A stretch of 64,000 nucleotides of DNA, from positions 928,054-992,053 of the forward strand of contig CAVNZM010000001.1 in assembly GCA_963693365.1 (NCBI GenBank). Reading direction: 5' to 3'. The DNA is from Amoebidium appalachense. Taxonomy: Eukaryota > Protista > Ichthyosporea. Each line of letters starts with the position of its first letter. Position 1 is the first letter of the stretch. Shown piece after piece: positions 1 to 12,055 of this stretch. The notes beneath the pieces were generated by a model. The model did no database searches. It worked only from the letters and a program-made list of their open reading frames with translations, and was not told the origin of the DNA. The translations under genes were made by a program, and so were the position numbers.

Positions 1-102
1 GGACTTGATCTTGATGATCTGTGGACCCGGGCCACCCCCCCCCCCCCCCCGATCTCGATCGTAGACTTAGGCTAATCTGCTGAGACGGATTAGTATATGT
101 CA

Positions 103-429
103 CATGCCAATACGGTACTGGGCAACGGTGGTGAGGACGGAAGGGTCGATGTTCTGTATCATATGGAGCAGGAGGCAATTGCGGGCCTCCTTGAGTTCCG
201 CGGTAGTGCCGTAGCCATAGAAGGGGGGTTCATCGTCAACCGCGACGGTGGTAGGGGGGACGTAGTTGTCAGCAAGTACAACATCCACGAGTCGGACACC
301 TTTAGTGCCGGTCATCATGCCGAGAAAAATGATTTCCCATTGAAAATAGGTGGTTTTGCTATCGGGACCAGTCTTCCCTTCACCTTTCCACATGGTGATT
401 TTGTTTACGCCAGTTTTGTTTGGATCCAT
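103..429 (-). pseudogene. gag: 5' fragment of copia family A gag (MDPNKTGVNKITMWKGEG...), truncated by unrelated sequence at 1-102
   Basis: Near-identical to the gag starts at 47012, 53088 and 61822. Confidence 0.85.
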
Positions 430-467
430 GATTGAAAAACGAGCGCTAGTTCTAGATGTGTGTAGGG

Positions 468-491
468 AGCGTGCAAAAGGGCTGCATAACC
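468..491 (-). promoter_or_regulatory. Primer-binding site of copia A (GGTTATGCAGCCCTTTTGCACGCT); half-tRNA-iMet type
   Basis: Abuts the LTR end; resembles the complement of the tRNA-iMet D-arm/anticodon arm (GGTTATGGGCCCAGCACGCT); repeated next to the LTRs at 7674, 47075, 53151 and 61886. Confidence 0.7.
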
Positions 492-1416
492 TGTTAAATT
501 TTATAAGTATTTGGGATGAAAGCAGAGACACAGTGGTGCAGTGTAAAAACACCACAGACACACACAACAACAAAACACGGAACGATCGGAGCAGTGTACA
601 CAACAGACATCAATGTTTAGACACGACTGAACTGAATTTATTCTGATCTTCGAATAAATACCTGAAATTCCTCTAAGTCCAATCCATACATGATTTCCGA
701 CCAGTCGGAAATCAGATCTATCTCTAATAGAAACCAATCACTAAGAACCAATTGCTTTCAGAGAGATCCGGTACGCGGAGACGCACACGATAGGACACAG
801 ACACTAGTTAAGGTCAACTCGTGTCATCATCAAGGAAATTCTAACCTATGACATACTGCAAAGACTCAGACATATCACACTTAACCTTGATGATTGGTTA
901 AAGCCCGGCAACACATGAAAACTAAAGTAAATTAATGAAGTCTAAACACACATGCTATTCTAAGTGTAGCCTAAGTGTGTTACCGTCCAATGAACACGTA
1001 TTAAGTAACACAAATCTACCTAACATATATTAGTAGAAAAGAAATACGATTATACACATGAAGACAAAGAGAGAAAGAAAAGAAAATAAGGAAGGAGAAA
1101 GAGGAAGGAAAAGAGAGCACAGATCAACAAACAAGATAGTAATATCATAACTATAACCAGAGATATTTATGTACACACGAACATGTACACGTCTCCCCCT
1201 GAGTGGGTGGATCCATGTACACACATATAAATATTCTAATCGATATTACAACACACGATTAAAGCCGATACAAGACGATTACAAGTATACAAGCATATCG
1301 GAGATCGATGCTACACTTTACGTAATAGGAGTGTAGCTTTTACACTAAGCATATGAACTGAAACATAACACAAACTGAGAAGATCTTACCATATGTAAAT
1401 ACTACGTATTACAACA
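492..1416 (-). repeat. Copia LTR type A1 (925 bp), 5' LTR
   Basis: TGTTG...TAACA termini, followed by PBS and gag; many copies in the window. Confidence 0.9.
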
Positions 1417-1689
1417 GGGATCCGGTGACGGAGGTCGTCCTTGGGAAGGACACGGCTCTGCAGGGCACGTGCAGTACAGACGGAGAGGGAAGACCCGGAT
1501 CCAGAGTCGATGTGACCTTCACGAATCTCCGCAGCTCGGATATGACTGATGAGGCGGTTGTAGGCGCCGTAGTCACGGCTGATGTTACGACGGAAATAAT
1601 CGGCAATCATAACCTGGATGTCGGAGCAAACCATTTCTTGAGGTGGATGAAGAAGTTGTCAATCATGGTCTTGTGGGGGATGGGCTCAT
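1417..1689 (-). pseudogene. gag: gag fragment of a copia C-like element
   Basis: VCSDIQVMIADYFRR...ARALQSRVLPKDDLRHRIP matches gag at 8981-9750. Confidence 0.8.
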
Positions 1690-2487
1690 TGTCATCTACC
1701 CATGGTTAACGGCAAGACTTAGAAGGTGAGTTTTATACATGTTTATTAGTTTGTTGTTGTTCGTTTCCTTTTCCCTTTTCCTTTCTTCCTTTCTTTCTTT
1801 CCTTTCCGTTTCCATGTGCACAGATATCTTTGATCTGTGTACACATCGAGCCATTTGGCCCGCGCACACGTACTGTTGTTTGTGTCAATGTCTAAATAAG
1901 TTGTCCAATCAGATCTCGTTATATTTTCCCAAATACAGTAGCCTACATTCCTCCTTCATTCTACTCGATTCCTTTCCCATTCCATTCCATTCTATCCTCA
2001 TTCCTTTCCCTTCTTTTCCCACATTGTAGAATTGCTCTAAGCTCCCCATCTATTAGGAATACTTATATTTAGACGTGTTATGTTAAGAATATGTATAAAT
2101 ATATGATGTGAACTAATAGATACATAAGTGGTTTCATTTGATTAAATGTTTCCGTACTTTCATTAGAAGATTACTTTCATTAGAAGATTGCGATTTATTT
2201 TCTATGTGTCGACAGGCATTTTGATCGATTTATTTTACCCTCATAGTTTTCGTCTTTCTGATTGGATAAAAGAGTTTTCGTTCTTTTGATTGGCTTATCG
2301 ATTTCACATTCCCGAGTATAAAAGGAACATCATCTTGAAATAAAAATCAAGCAGTTGAAATCCTTTCCTATGGTCCCAGAAATCGTTCCACCTCTCCGGT
2401 TGTGTTTCTCCCGTGTGTCTCTGTGTTGTGTATATCATAACACCCTTCTGTGCACTCTGCTTCTCCGTTTACCCACACAAAATAACA
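1690..2487 (+). repeat. Copia LTR type B (798 bp), 5' LTR
   Basis: TGTCA...TAACA termini; PBS at 2488-2510; gag ATG at 2564. Confidence 0.85.
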
Positions 2488-2563
2488 GGTTTTCGGCCCC
2501 TTTGCACGCTAACACACAATCTCGTTACAACCCCAAAATTCCTCGGTACATACTGCTTCAACC

Positions 2564-3679
2564 ATGGCTGACAAACCGTCGTACATCAACCTTCCACAAT
2601 GGAATCCGTCCGAGAAGAAAGACGACAAGCGCCTCAACTATTTCGAATGGGAGCCCTGTCATCTTCCCATGATTAACGGCAAGACTTAGAAGTTGAGTTT
2701 TATATATGTTTATTGGTTTGTTGTAGTTTGTTTCCTTTTCCCTTTTCCTTTCTTCCTTTCTTTCTTTCCTTTCTGTTTCCGTGTGCACAAATATCTTAGA
2801 TCTGTGTACACATCGAGCTATTTAGCCCGCGCACACGTATTGTTGTTTGCGTCAATATCTAAATATGTCATCCAATCAGATCTCGTTGTATTTTCCCAAA
2901 TATAGTAACCTACATTCCTCATTAATTCTATTCGATTCCTTTCCCATTCCATTCCTTTCTATACTCATTCCTTTTCCTTCTTTTCCCACGATGTAGCATT
3001 GTTCTATGTTCCCCAACTATTAGGAATACTTATATTTAGTCTGTTATGTTAAGAACATGTATAAATATATGATGTGAACTAATAGATACATAAGTGGTTT
3101 CATTTTGTTAAATGTTTCCGTACTTTTATTAGAAGATTACTTTCATTAGAGGATTGCGTTTTATCTTCTATGTGTCGACAGGCATTTCGATCGATTTATT
3201 TTACCCTCATAGTTTTCGCCTTTCTGATTGGAAAATAGAGTTTTCGTTCTTTTGATTGGTTTATCGATTTCGCATTCCTGAGTATAAAAGGAACTTCATC
3301 TTGAAATAAATATCAAGCAGGTGAGTTCATTTCCTATGGTCCCAGTAATCGTTCCACCCCCTCCGGTTGTGTTTCTCCCGTGTGTCTCTGTGTTGTTTTT
3401 AACATAACACCCATCTGTGCTCTCTGCTTTTCCGTTTACCCACACAAAATAACAAGCCCCTCATCCACCGCTTCATCAGAACCACCATTGCCGAGAAATT
3501 CGTCGACGCCATGAAGGCACCACAGTGGGTTGACGGCTCCGACGCCAACCAGTGGAAAGGCTACGGCACCAAGGACACCTACAAGAAAGCTTCCGACGTC
3601 CTCGACCAAATCCTCAACCAGTCCGTTCATCCTACAGAACTCTACGACTCCGGCCGCATGCAAGACGGTGTTCGCGGTG
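2564..3679 (+). pseudogene. gag: Copia B gag N-terminus, interrupted by a solo LTR-B and 3'-truncated
   Basis: MADKPSYINLP...FEWEP resumes as LIHRFIRTT after the LTR; paralogous to 3980-4300. Confidence 0.8.
2657..3454 (+). mobile_element. Solo LTR type B with 5-bp TSD AGCCC
   Basis: AGCCC at 2652-2656 and 3455-3459; similar to 1690-2487. Confidence 0.9.
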
Positions 3680-3904
3680 TTAGAAGATTACTTTCATTAG
3701 AGGATTGCGTTTTATCTTCTATGTGTCGACAGGCATTTCAATCGATTTATTTTACCCTCATAGTTTTCGTCTTTCTGATTGGATAAAAGAGTTTTCGTTC
3801 TTTTGATTGGCTTATCGATTTCACATTCCTGAGTATAAAAGGAACTTCATCTTGAAACACCCATCTGTGCTCTCTGCTTCTCCGTTTACCCACACAAAAT
3901 AACA
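3680..3904 (+). repeat. 5'-truncated, internally deleted LTR-B
   Basis: Matches the 3' part of LTR-B, ends AATAACA, followed by PBS at 3905-3927. Confidence 0.8.
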
Positions 3905-3979
3905 GGTTTACGGCCCCCTTGCACGCTAACACACAATCTCGTTACAACCGCGAAATTCCTCAGTCTTACTGCTTCAATC

Positions 3980-6115
3980 ATGACTGACAAACCGTCGTAC
4001 ATCAACCTTCCAATATGGAATCCGTCCGAGAAAAGAGACGAGAAACGTCTCAATTATTTTGAGTGGGAGCCACTCATACACCAGTTCATAAGAACAACCA
4101 TTGCCGAGAAATTCGTTGACGCTATCAAGAGGCCACAGTGGGTTGACGGCACTGAGGCCAACCAGTGGCTAGGCTACGCCACCAAGGACTCCTACAAGAA
4201 AGCTTCCGACGTCCTCGACCAGATCCTCAACCAGTCCGTCCATCCGACCGAGCTCTACGACTCCGGCCGGATGCAAGACGGTGTCCACGGTGGAGAAGTC
4301 TTCCACAACCTACGTATGGCGTATGTGGCAGAGAAGGAGGCCCGAGTCACCCAGATCCAAGTCACCTTCGAGGAGCTTGAACTACGAGACTACCCCAACG
4401 TCACAGCATACCTCACCCGTCTCCAACGTCTGGCTACGACACTTGCCTGCCTCGACGAGCCCGTCCAGCACAAGGATGTCGTACGTAAGTTCTTCCTTCA
4501 CCTCCGGAAGAACACGGCCCTGGTCTGCTCCGACATTGAACGTCTCTGCTCCCACTACTGGATGAACAACAAGGCCTACCCGTCCTTCAACCAGCTCATC
4601 AGTGACATCCGAGGAGCTGAAATCCGTGCCGGCCTCATTGACGCAGGCACTGGTGCAACCGTCAACAACCGTCCCCTCCGTGCACTTTAGAGCAGAGTGC
4701 TTCCCCCCGGTGACCTCCGTAACCGTATCCCTCGACGTGAGCATACACCTCACCGTTCCCCGTCCCGTTCCCGTGATCCTCGTCCGTCCTCCAAGTCACC
4801 CGGCCCCCGTTCAACTTCCCCTGACCCCCGTGGTAACAGGGACAACCGTAACCGACAGCACAACACCAAGAAGGTGGCGTGTTCCAACTGCCATGAGCCC
4901 CACCACATCACAGTATGCCCGGAGCCTGGCTGTGCTGTTGCTCGTCGTGCCAAGCAGGAGAAAGGCAACAAGAGTGTGCAATTTGCACTCAATGACATCT
5001 CCTCCACCGGCACACCCGACCGTGACGACCCCGTCTGGGACAGTGCTTGTAATGCACACATCTGCCCCATCAAGGAGTATTTCTCCTCCCTGACCCCGTG
5101 TCCCCCCACCCCCATTCACGGCCTCGGCACCGTCAATGCCACACACCGTGGCATCATCAACATGACACTGCACTACAACGCCCGCCCAACCCCGTGCAGC
5201 ATCAATGCTTACTACGTACCCGAGTCACCGTCTTTCCTCGTGTCTACCTCCATGGCCTCAACTGCCGGCCTCCTTGGTCATTGTGACGGTACAGACAACC
5301 ACCCGTCGTTTCTCTACAGCCGGTATGGTGACATCATTTCCGATCTCACCCCCCTCAACGGTCTCTACCACATCACTGACTTAGTCTATGCGATTGACAC
5401 TCCTCAACACCCGTGGGTCCAAGCCTACACAGCAAGGACTCAACCAACCGACGACCTCACCCTTTGGCACAACCGTCTCGGCCACCGTGCTCTATCCACC
5501 GTCACCAGGATGGCCAAGGATGAGCTTGTCATTGGCATGCCCCCCTCCCTCAAGTCACCAAACACGAGTGACTGCTCCGGCTGCATGTCTGGCAAGACCA
5601 CCAAGGCTCCTTTTCCCGGCACCCGTTCCCGGTTCACCATCCCCGGTGCTAAGTGGCACCTCGACTTCTTCGAAGCTCCCTGTGCTTCCTACGGAGGCTA
5701 CAAGGTTGCTCTGGTGTGTGTTTGTGATGCCACCGGTTACACCACCGTGTTTCCCCTCTACACAATCAGGTCCCCGATCCCCCCAAACCCGATCTGCCGA
5801 CATTGGACCCCCCCTCCGACGACGACGATGAAACTCCGTCTGTGGTCATCTCCCAACCGTCCTGGCACAACCAACCAGCCCTGGTTAAACCCGTGCCTCC
5901 CCCGAGCCCCCCCCCCCCCCTGGCCAACAGCCCTTGCTGCCGGCCCCCCCGTTGCTGTGCATCAACCCGGCTACATGACTCCGGTTCGTCCTGGGTCCCC
6001 CACCTTCCACTCGGCCTCGAGCAGCCCTGTGGACACCGATGCCCCCCTCACCACTGGTCCTATTCCTGGCTTCCATGCCCCTGTCCCGGCCTACAACCCC
6101 TCCCCCGGCCTCCAC
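3980..6115 (+). pseudogene. Copia B gag-pol: gag, CCHC knuckle, protease (WDSAC), integrase N-terminus; stop at 4688-4690; integrase core deleted near 5762
   Basis: CSNCHEPHHITVC, LWHNRLGH, CSGC, WHLDFF, followed by the IN-RT linker. Confidence 0.85.
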
Positions 6116-7408
6116 TGTTGTTTTGTGTGGGTAAACGGAGAAGCAGAGAGCACAGATGGGTGTTATGTTATACAGGGGAGCCGAACACGTGGAGCTGGGA
6201 GACGTCGGGTTGGTAGCCGTGGAAGGCCTCGAAGGGAGTGTTGCCGTTGGCAGCAGATGACGGTGTGACGTTGATGATGTAGCCAGCATGCTTGAGAGCA
6301 GCAACCCACAACTTGGGAGAGAGAGGTTGGTCCTTGTCGGCATGGAGGAAGCAACAGACTGTCTCTTGCAGATCTCTCATCTTCCGTTCAACAACACCGT
6401 TGTGCTGTGGTGTGTCGACAGGGGCAAACTCCATGATGATGCCTTTCTGCTTGCAGTAGGCCTCGGTGTCCCTGGAGGTGAACTCAGAGCCGGAGTCAAA
6501 CCGAAGATGGGTGACGACCTCAGGTGTCTGACGTTCGATGGTTTCAACGAGAGACTAAATGTAGCTGAGGGTTTCACCACGGTTGTAGAGGGGGAACACG
6601 GTGGTGTAACCGGTGGCATCACAAACACACACCAGAGCAACCTTGTAGCCTCCGTAGGAAGCACAGGGAGCTTCGAAGAAGTCGAGGTGCCACTTAGCAC
6701 CGGGGATGGTGAACCGGGAACGGGTGCCGGGAAAAGGAGCCTTGGTGGTCTTGCCAGACATGCAGCCGAAGCAGTCACTCGTGTTGGGTGACTTGAGGGA
6801 GGGGGCATGCCAATGACAAGCTCATCCTTGGCCATCCTGGTGACGGTGGATAGAGCACGGTGGCCGAGACGGTTGTGCCAAAGGGTGAGGTCGTCGGTTG
6901 GTTGAGTCCTTGCTGTGTAGGCTTGGACCCACGGGTGTTTAGGAGTCTCAATCACATAGTCAGTGATGTAGTAGAGACCGTTGAGGGGGGTGAGATCGGA
7001 AATGATGTCACCATTACGGCTGTAGAGGAACGACGGGTGGTTGTCTGTACCGTCACAATGACCAAGGAGGCCGGCAGTTGAGGCCATGGAGGTAGACACG
7101 AGGAAAGACGGTGACTCGGGTACGTAGTAAGCATTGATGCTGCACGGGGTTGGGCGGGCGTTGTAGTGCAGTGTCATGTTGATGATGCCACGGTGTGTGG
7201 CATTGACGGTGCCGAGGCCGTGAATGGGGGTGGGGGGACACGGGATCAGGGAGGAGAAATACTCCTTGATGGGGCAGATGTGTGCATTACAAGCACTGTC
7301 CCAGACGGGGTCGTCACGGTCGGGTGTGCCGGTGGAGGAGATGAGTGCAAATTGCACACTCTTGTTGCCTTTCTCCTGCTTGGCACGACGAGCAACAGCA
7401 CAGCCAGG
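6116..7408 (-). mobile_element. Second copia B fragment in inverted orientation: protease-integrase joined by a deletion to the last ~55 bp of its 3' LTR
   Basis: 6587-7408 is the reverse complement of ~4926-5762; has GVVERKMR and VFGSPV; 6116-6170 is the LTR-B end. Confidence 0.8.
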
Positions 7409-7524
7409 TGTTGTAATACGTAGTATTTACATATGGTAAGATCTTCTCAGTTTGTGTTATGTTTGAGTTGATCTCTCTGAAAGCAATTGGTTCTTAGTGA
7501 TTTCATCCCAAATACAATTTAACA
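7409..7524 (+). repeat. 116-bp mini-LTR A1 with both termini and four internal deletions
   Basis: TGTTGTAATACG...CAATTTAACA assembled from collinear LTR-A1 pieces; no TSD. Confidence 0.8.
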
Positions 7525-7673
7525 ATAATAGGTGGTTTTGCTATCGGGACCAGTCTTCCCTTCACCTTTCCACATGGTTATTTTGTTTACACCAGTTTTG
7601 TTTGGATCCATGATTGAAAAACGATCGCTAGTTCTAGATGTGTGTAGGGAGCGTGCAAAAGGGCTGCATAACC
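7525..7673 (-). pseudogene. gag: Copia A PBS, leader and first ~29 gag codons (ATG at 7611)
   Basis: Near-identical to 345-491. Confidence 0.8.
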
Positions 7674-8598
7674 TGTTAAATTATATAAGTATTTGGGATG
7701 TAAGCAGAGACACAGTGGTGCAGTGTGAAAACACCACAGACACACACAACAACAAAACACGGAACGATCGGAGCAGTGTACACAACAGACATCAATGTTT
7801 AGACACGACTGAACTGAATTTATTCTGATCTTCGAATAAATACCTGAAATTCCTCTAAGTCCAATCCATACATGATTTCCGACCAGTCGGAAATCAGATC
7901 CATCTCTAATAGAAACCAATCACTAAGAACCAATTGCTTTCAGAGAGATCCGGTACGCGGAGACGTACACGATAGGACACAGACACTAGTTAAGATCAAC
8001 TCGTGTCATCATCAAGGAAGTTCTAACCTATGACATACTGCAAAGACTCAGACATATCACACTTAACCTTGATGATTGGTTAAAGCCCGGCAACACATGA
8101 AAACTAAAGTGAATTAATGAAGTCTAAACACACATGCTATTCTAAGTGTAGCCTAAGTGTGTTACCGTCCAATGAACATGTATTAAGTAACACAAATCTA
8201 CCTAACATATATTAGTAGAACAGAAATACGATTATACACATGAAGACAAGGAGAGAAAGAAAAGAAAATAAGGAAGGAGAAAGAGGAAGGAAAAGAGAGC
8301 ACAGATCAACAAACAAGATAGTAATAGCATAACTATAACCAGAGATATTTATGTACACACGAACATGTACACGTCTCTCCCTGAGTGGGTGGATCCGTGT
8401 ACACACATATAAATATTCTAATCGATATTACAACACACGATTAAAGCCGATACAACACGATTACAAGTATACAAGCATATCGGAGATCGATGCTACACTT
8501 TACATGATAGGAGTGTGGCATATACACTAAGCATATGAACTGAAACATAACACAAACTGAGAAGATCTTACCATATGTAAAAACTACGTATTACAACA
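7674..8598 (-). repeat. LTR type A1 (925 bp), 5' LTR; truncates LTR-C
   Basis: Near-identical to 492-1416. Confidence 0.9.
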
Positions 8599-10069
8599 TT
8601 AATCGGAAGTTGGAATGCGTATGCTCTGTCGGAATGTGTTTTTCTGTCTTCTGATAGAACCGATTGGTTCTCCCTCTTTAGTTGTGATAAGGTGATAAGT
8701 CGCAAGTACAAAAGGAACCGAGAGCACAATAAAGAATCAGTTGTTGTTTGAAATCTTTCAATGTGTCGTGAACAACTCCGATTGCCCTCTCATTAATGTG
8801 TTAGTCGTGTTTTACATGACACCTCTGTGCACTCTGCTCCCTTAGACCCGTACAAAACAACAGGTTAAAGGCCCATTTTCGCACGCTCTCGCAACACATA
8901 CTCTCGCTGCAATCGAAAATATTCAAATTTGAATACCGATCTGATTCCTCTCTAACGCATCATCTGACTGATTGATCACCATGTCGGAGAAACCTGCGTA
9001 TCTCAACCTCACCCCCTGGAAAGAGGATGACACCACGGACAAGAAGTCCGGCAAACGTCTCACCTATTATGAGTGGGAACCCGTCATCTTCCGGTACCTA
9101 CGTACTACCACCGCGGCCAAGTTAGTGCCCGTCATCAAGGCCCCCGAGTGGGTCGACCCTTCCGACGAGAACGAGTGGCACGGCTATGACACTGAGGAGG
9201 CCTACACCGAGGCTTCCAACTTCCTTGAACACATGTTTACTCAACTCGTCTCCAATGATGAGCTGTATAACTCTGGCCAAATCCACGATGATGTGTCACC
9301 TGCCCAAGCTTTCCACAACCTCCGTATGACCTATGCGGCTGAACGTGAAGATCGTGCTCGTCAAATCCTCCTCGACTACCATGAGCTTGAACTCAAAGAC
9401 TTCAAGACCGTCACGGCCTACCTCACCATGGCACGCCGTCTGTGCATTACCCTGCACATCCTCGAAGAGCCCATTCCTCACAAGACTATGGTTGATAACT
9501 TCTTCATCCACCTCAAGAAGAACCGTAAGTTAGTTTGTACCGACATCCAGGCCATGATTGCCGACTACTTCCGTCGTACCATCAACTACGAAACCTACAA
9601 CCGTCTAATCAGTGACATCCGAGCTGCAGAGATCCGTGAAGGTCTCATCGACTCTGGGTCCGGGTCCTCCTCCACCGTCCGAACAGCACGTGCCCTGCAA
9701 AGCCGTGTCCTCACCAAGGACGACCTCAGACACCGGATCCCCCTCCGTCTCCCGTCACCCCCGTGGTCGTCCCACCGATCGATCCCCCTCAGTTGACCGT
9801 GATTACTCCCGGTCCCGTTCCCCCGGCTATCGTTCCTGGTCACCCTACCCCCCACGTAAAGGGGGTAACCGTCATTCCCAGTCACCCCGAGCCAAGACTA
9901 CTGGCTCCCTCGACTGTGCCTACTGTCACGAAGACCATCATGTCACACAGTGTGACAAACCTGGCTGCTCAATTGCCCGTCGTCACCGTGCCAACACCAA
10001 GTCTGGATGGAAAAGAGGTGCATTTTGCCCTCGTGTCCACCACGGCCTCCCTACCCATGGACCCCTGCT

Positions 10070-10995
10070 TGTTGTAATACGTAGTATTTACATATGGTAA
10101 GATCTTCTCAGTTTGTGTTATGTTTCAGTTCATATGCTTAGTGTAAATGCCACACTCCTATTATGTAAAGTGTAGCATCGATCTCCGATATGCTTGTATA
10201 CTTGTAATCGTGTTGTATCGGCTTTAATCGTGTATTGTAATATCGATTAGAATATTTATATGTGTGTACACGGATCCACCCACTCAGGGAGAGACGTGTA
10301 CATGTTCGTGTGTACATAAATATCTCTGGTTATAGTTATGCTATTACTATCTTGTTTGTTGATCTGTGCTCTCTTTTCCTTCCTCTTTCTCCTTCCTTAT
10401 TTTCTTTTCTTTCTCTCCTTGTCTTCATGTGTATAATCGTATTTCTTTTCTACTAATATATGTTAGGTAGATTTGTGTTACTTAATACGTGTTCATTGGA
10501 CGGTAACACACTTAGGCTACACTTAGAATAGCATGTGTGTTTAGACTTCATTAATTCACTTTAGTTTTCATGTGTTGCCGGGCTTTAACCAATCATCAAG
10601 GTTAAGTGTGATATGTCTGAGTCTTTGCAGTATGTCATAGGTTAGAACTTCCTTGATGATGACACGAGTTGATCTTAACTAGTGTCTGTGTCCTATCGTG
10701 TACGCCTCCGCGTACCGGATCTCTCTGAAAGCAATTGGTTCTTAGTGATTGGTTTCTATTAGAGATGGATCTGATTTCCGACTGGTCGGAAATCATGTAT
10801 GGATTGGACTTAGAGGAATTTCAGGTATTTATTCGAAGATCAGAATAAATTCAGTTCAGTCGTGTCTAAACATTGATGTCTGTTGTGTACACTGCTCCGA
10901 TCGTTCCGTGTTTTGTTGTTGTGTGTGTCTGTGGTGTTTTCACACTGCACCACTGTGTCTCTGCTTTCATCCCAAAATACTTATAGAAATTAACA
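10070..10995 (+). mobile_element. Solo LTR A1, TSD CTGCT, inserted in the protease motif
   Basis: CTGCT on both sides; shares diagnostic variants with the LTRs at 56052 and 61886. Confidence 0.92.
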
Positions 10996-11123
10996 CTGCT
11001 GGGACTCGGCTTCAAACGTCCACGTGTGCCCAGTAAAGGAGTACTTCTCTACTCTTGAGCCATGCCCCCCGACTGACATCCACGGCCTCGGCATCGTCAC
11101 TGCACATCACCGTGGTGTCATCA

Positions 11124-12055
11124 TGTTAAATTATATAACTATTTGGGATGTAAGCAGAGACACAGTGGTGCAGTGTGAAAACACCACAGACACACAACAA
11201 CAAAACACGGAAGGATCGGAGAAGTGTACACAACAGACATCAATGTTTAGACACGACTGAACTCAATTTATTTTGATCGCTAATAAATACCTGAAATTCC
11301 CTTAAGTTATTCCATACATGATTTCCGACCAGTCGGAAATCAGATCTATGTCTAAAATAACCAATCACAATTAACTGATTATTTCCCGGATAGATCCGGA
11401 GACACAGGAACGCACACCATAGGTCACAGCTATAAGAAAGAAAAGAGGTGAAGAGTAACGAGGAAAGAGGTGATGTTTCTAACCTATCATCGGCTACAAA
11501 GACTCAGACATTTTCTGACTAAGTCCACTGATTGGATATAGTACGGCAACACACAAAACAAAAGTGTTTGACTAAGCTATGAATCATACCTGACAAGCTA
11601 AAGTGTAGCCTAAGTGTTTTTCTACCAATCAAAACATAACGAGTAATATAAATCTACTCAACGTATATTAGTGAGAGAGAAATATAATTATGTGAAAGGA
11701 AACAAGAGAAGAAAGAAAGAGAAAAGAAAGAAGAAGAAAGAGGAAAAAAGAAAAGAAAGCAGGACAGAAAACACGAACAGCAAAACACAGTTATAACCGA
11801 AGATATTCATGTACACATAACATGTACACGTTTCTCCCTCACTGGGTAGACTCGTGTACCTATAATCAGTTGCTGTAATCGATATCTAAACACACGAATA
11901 TAGCCGACACAACACGATTACAAGTACTCAAATACACTGGAGATCGATGTCATAATTTACGTACAAGGAGCACATCTTTTTCATTAAGTAAATGAATGAA
12001 AACATAACACGAACTGAGAAGATCTTACAATATGTAAATACTACGTATTACAACA
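11124..12055 (-). mobile_element. Solo LTR type A2, TSD CATCA
   Basis: CATCA at 11119-11123 and 12056-12060. Confidence 0.92.

Noticed and set aside
501-1224. Recurrent short ORFs in LTR-A (MVSIRD..., MCTRIHP...)
   Set aside because: They repeat only because the LTR repeats; they are low-complexity and not kept in LTR A2.
4688-4690. In-frame TAG in copia B gag as programmed readthrough
   Set aside because: Family C has Gln (ALQSRV) at the same position, so a CAG-to-TAG decay mutation is simpler.
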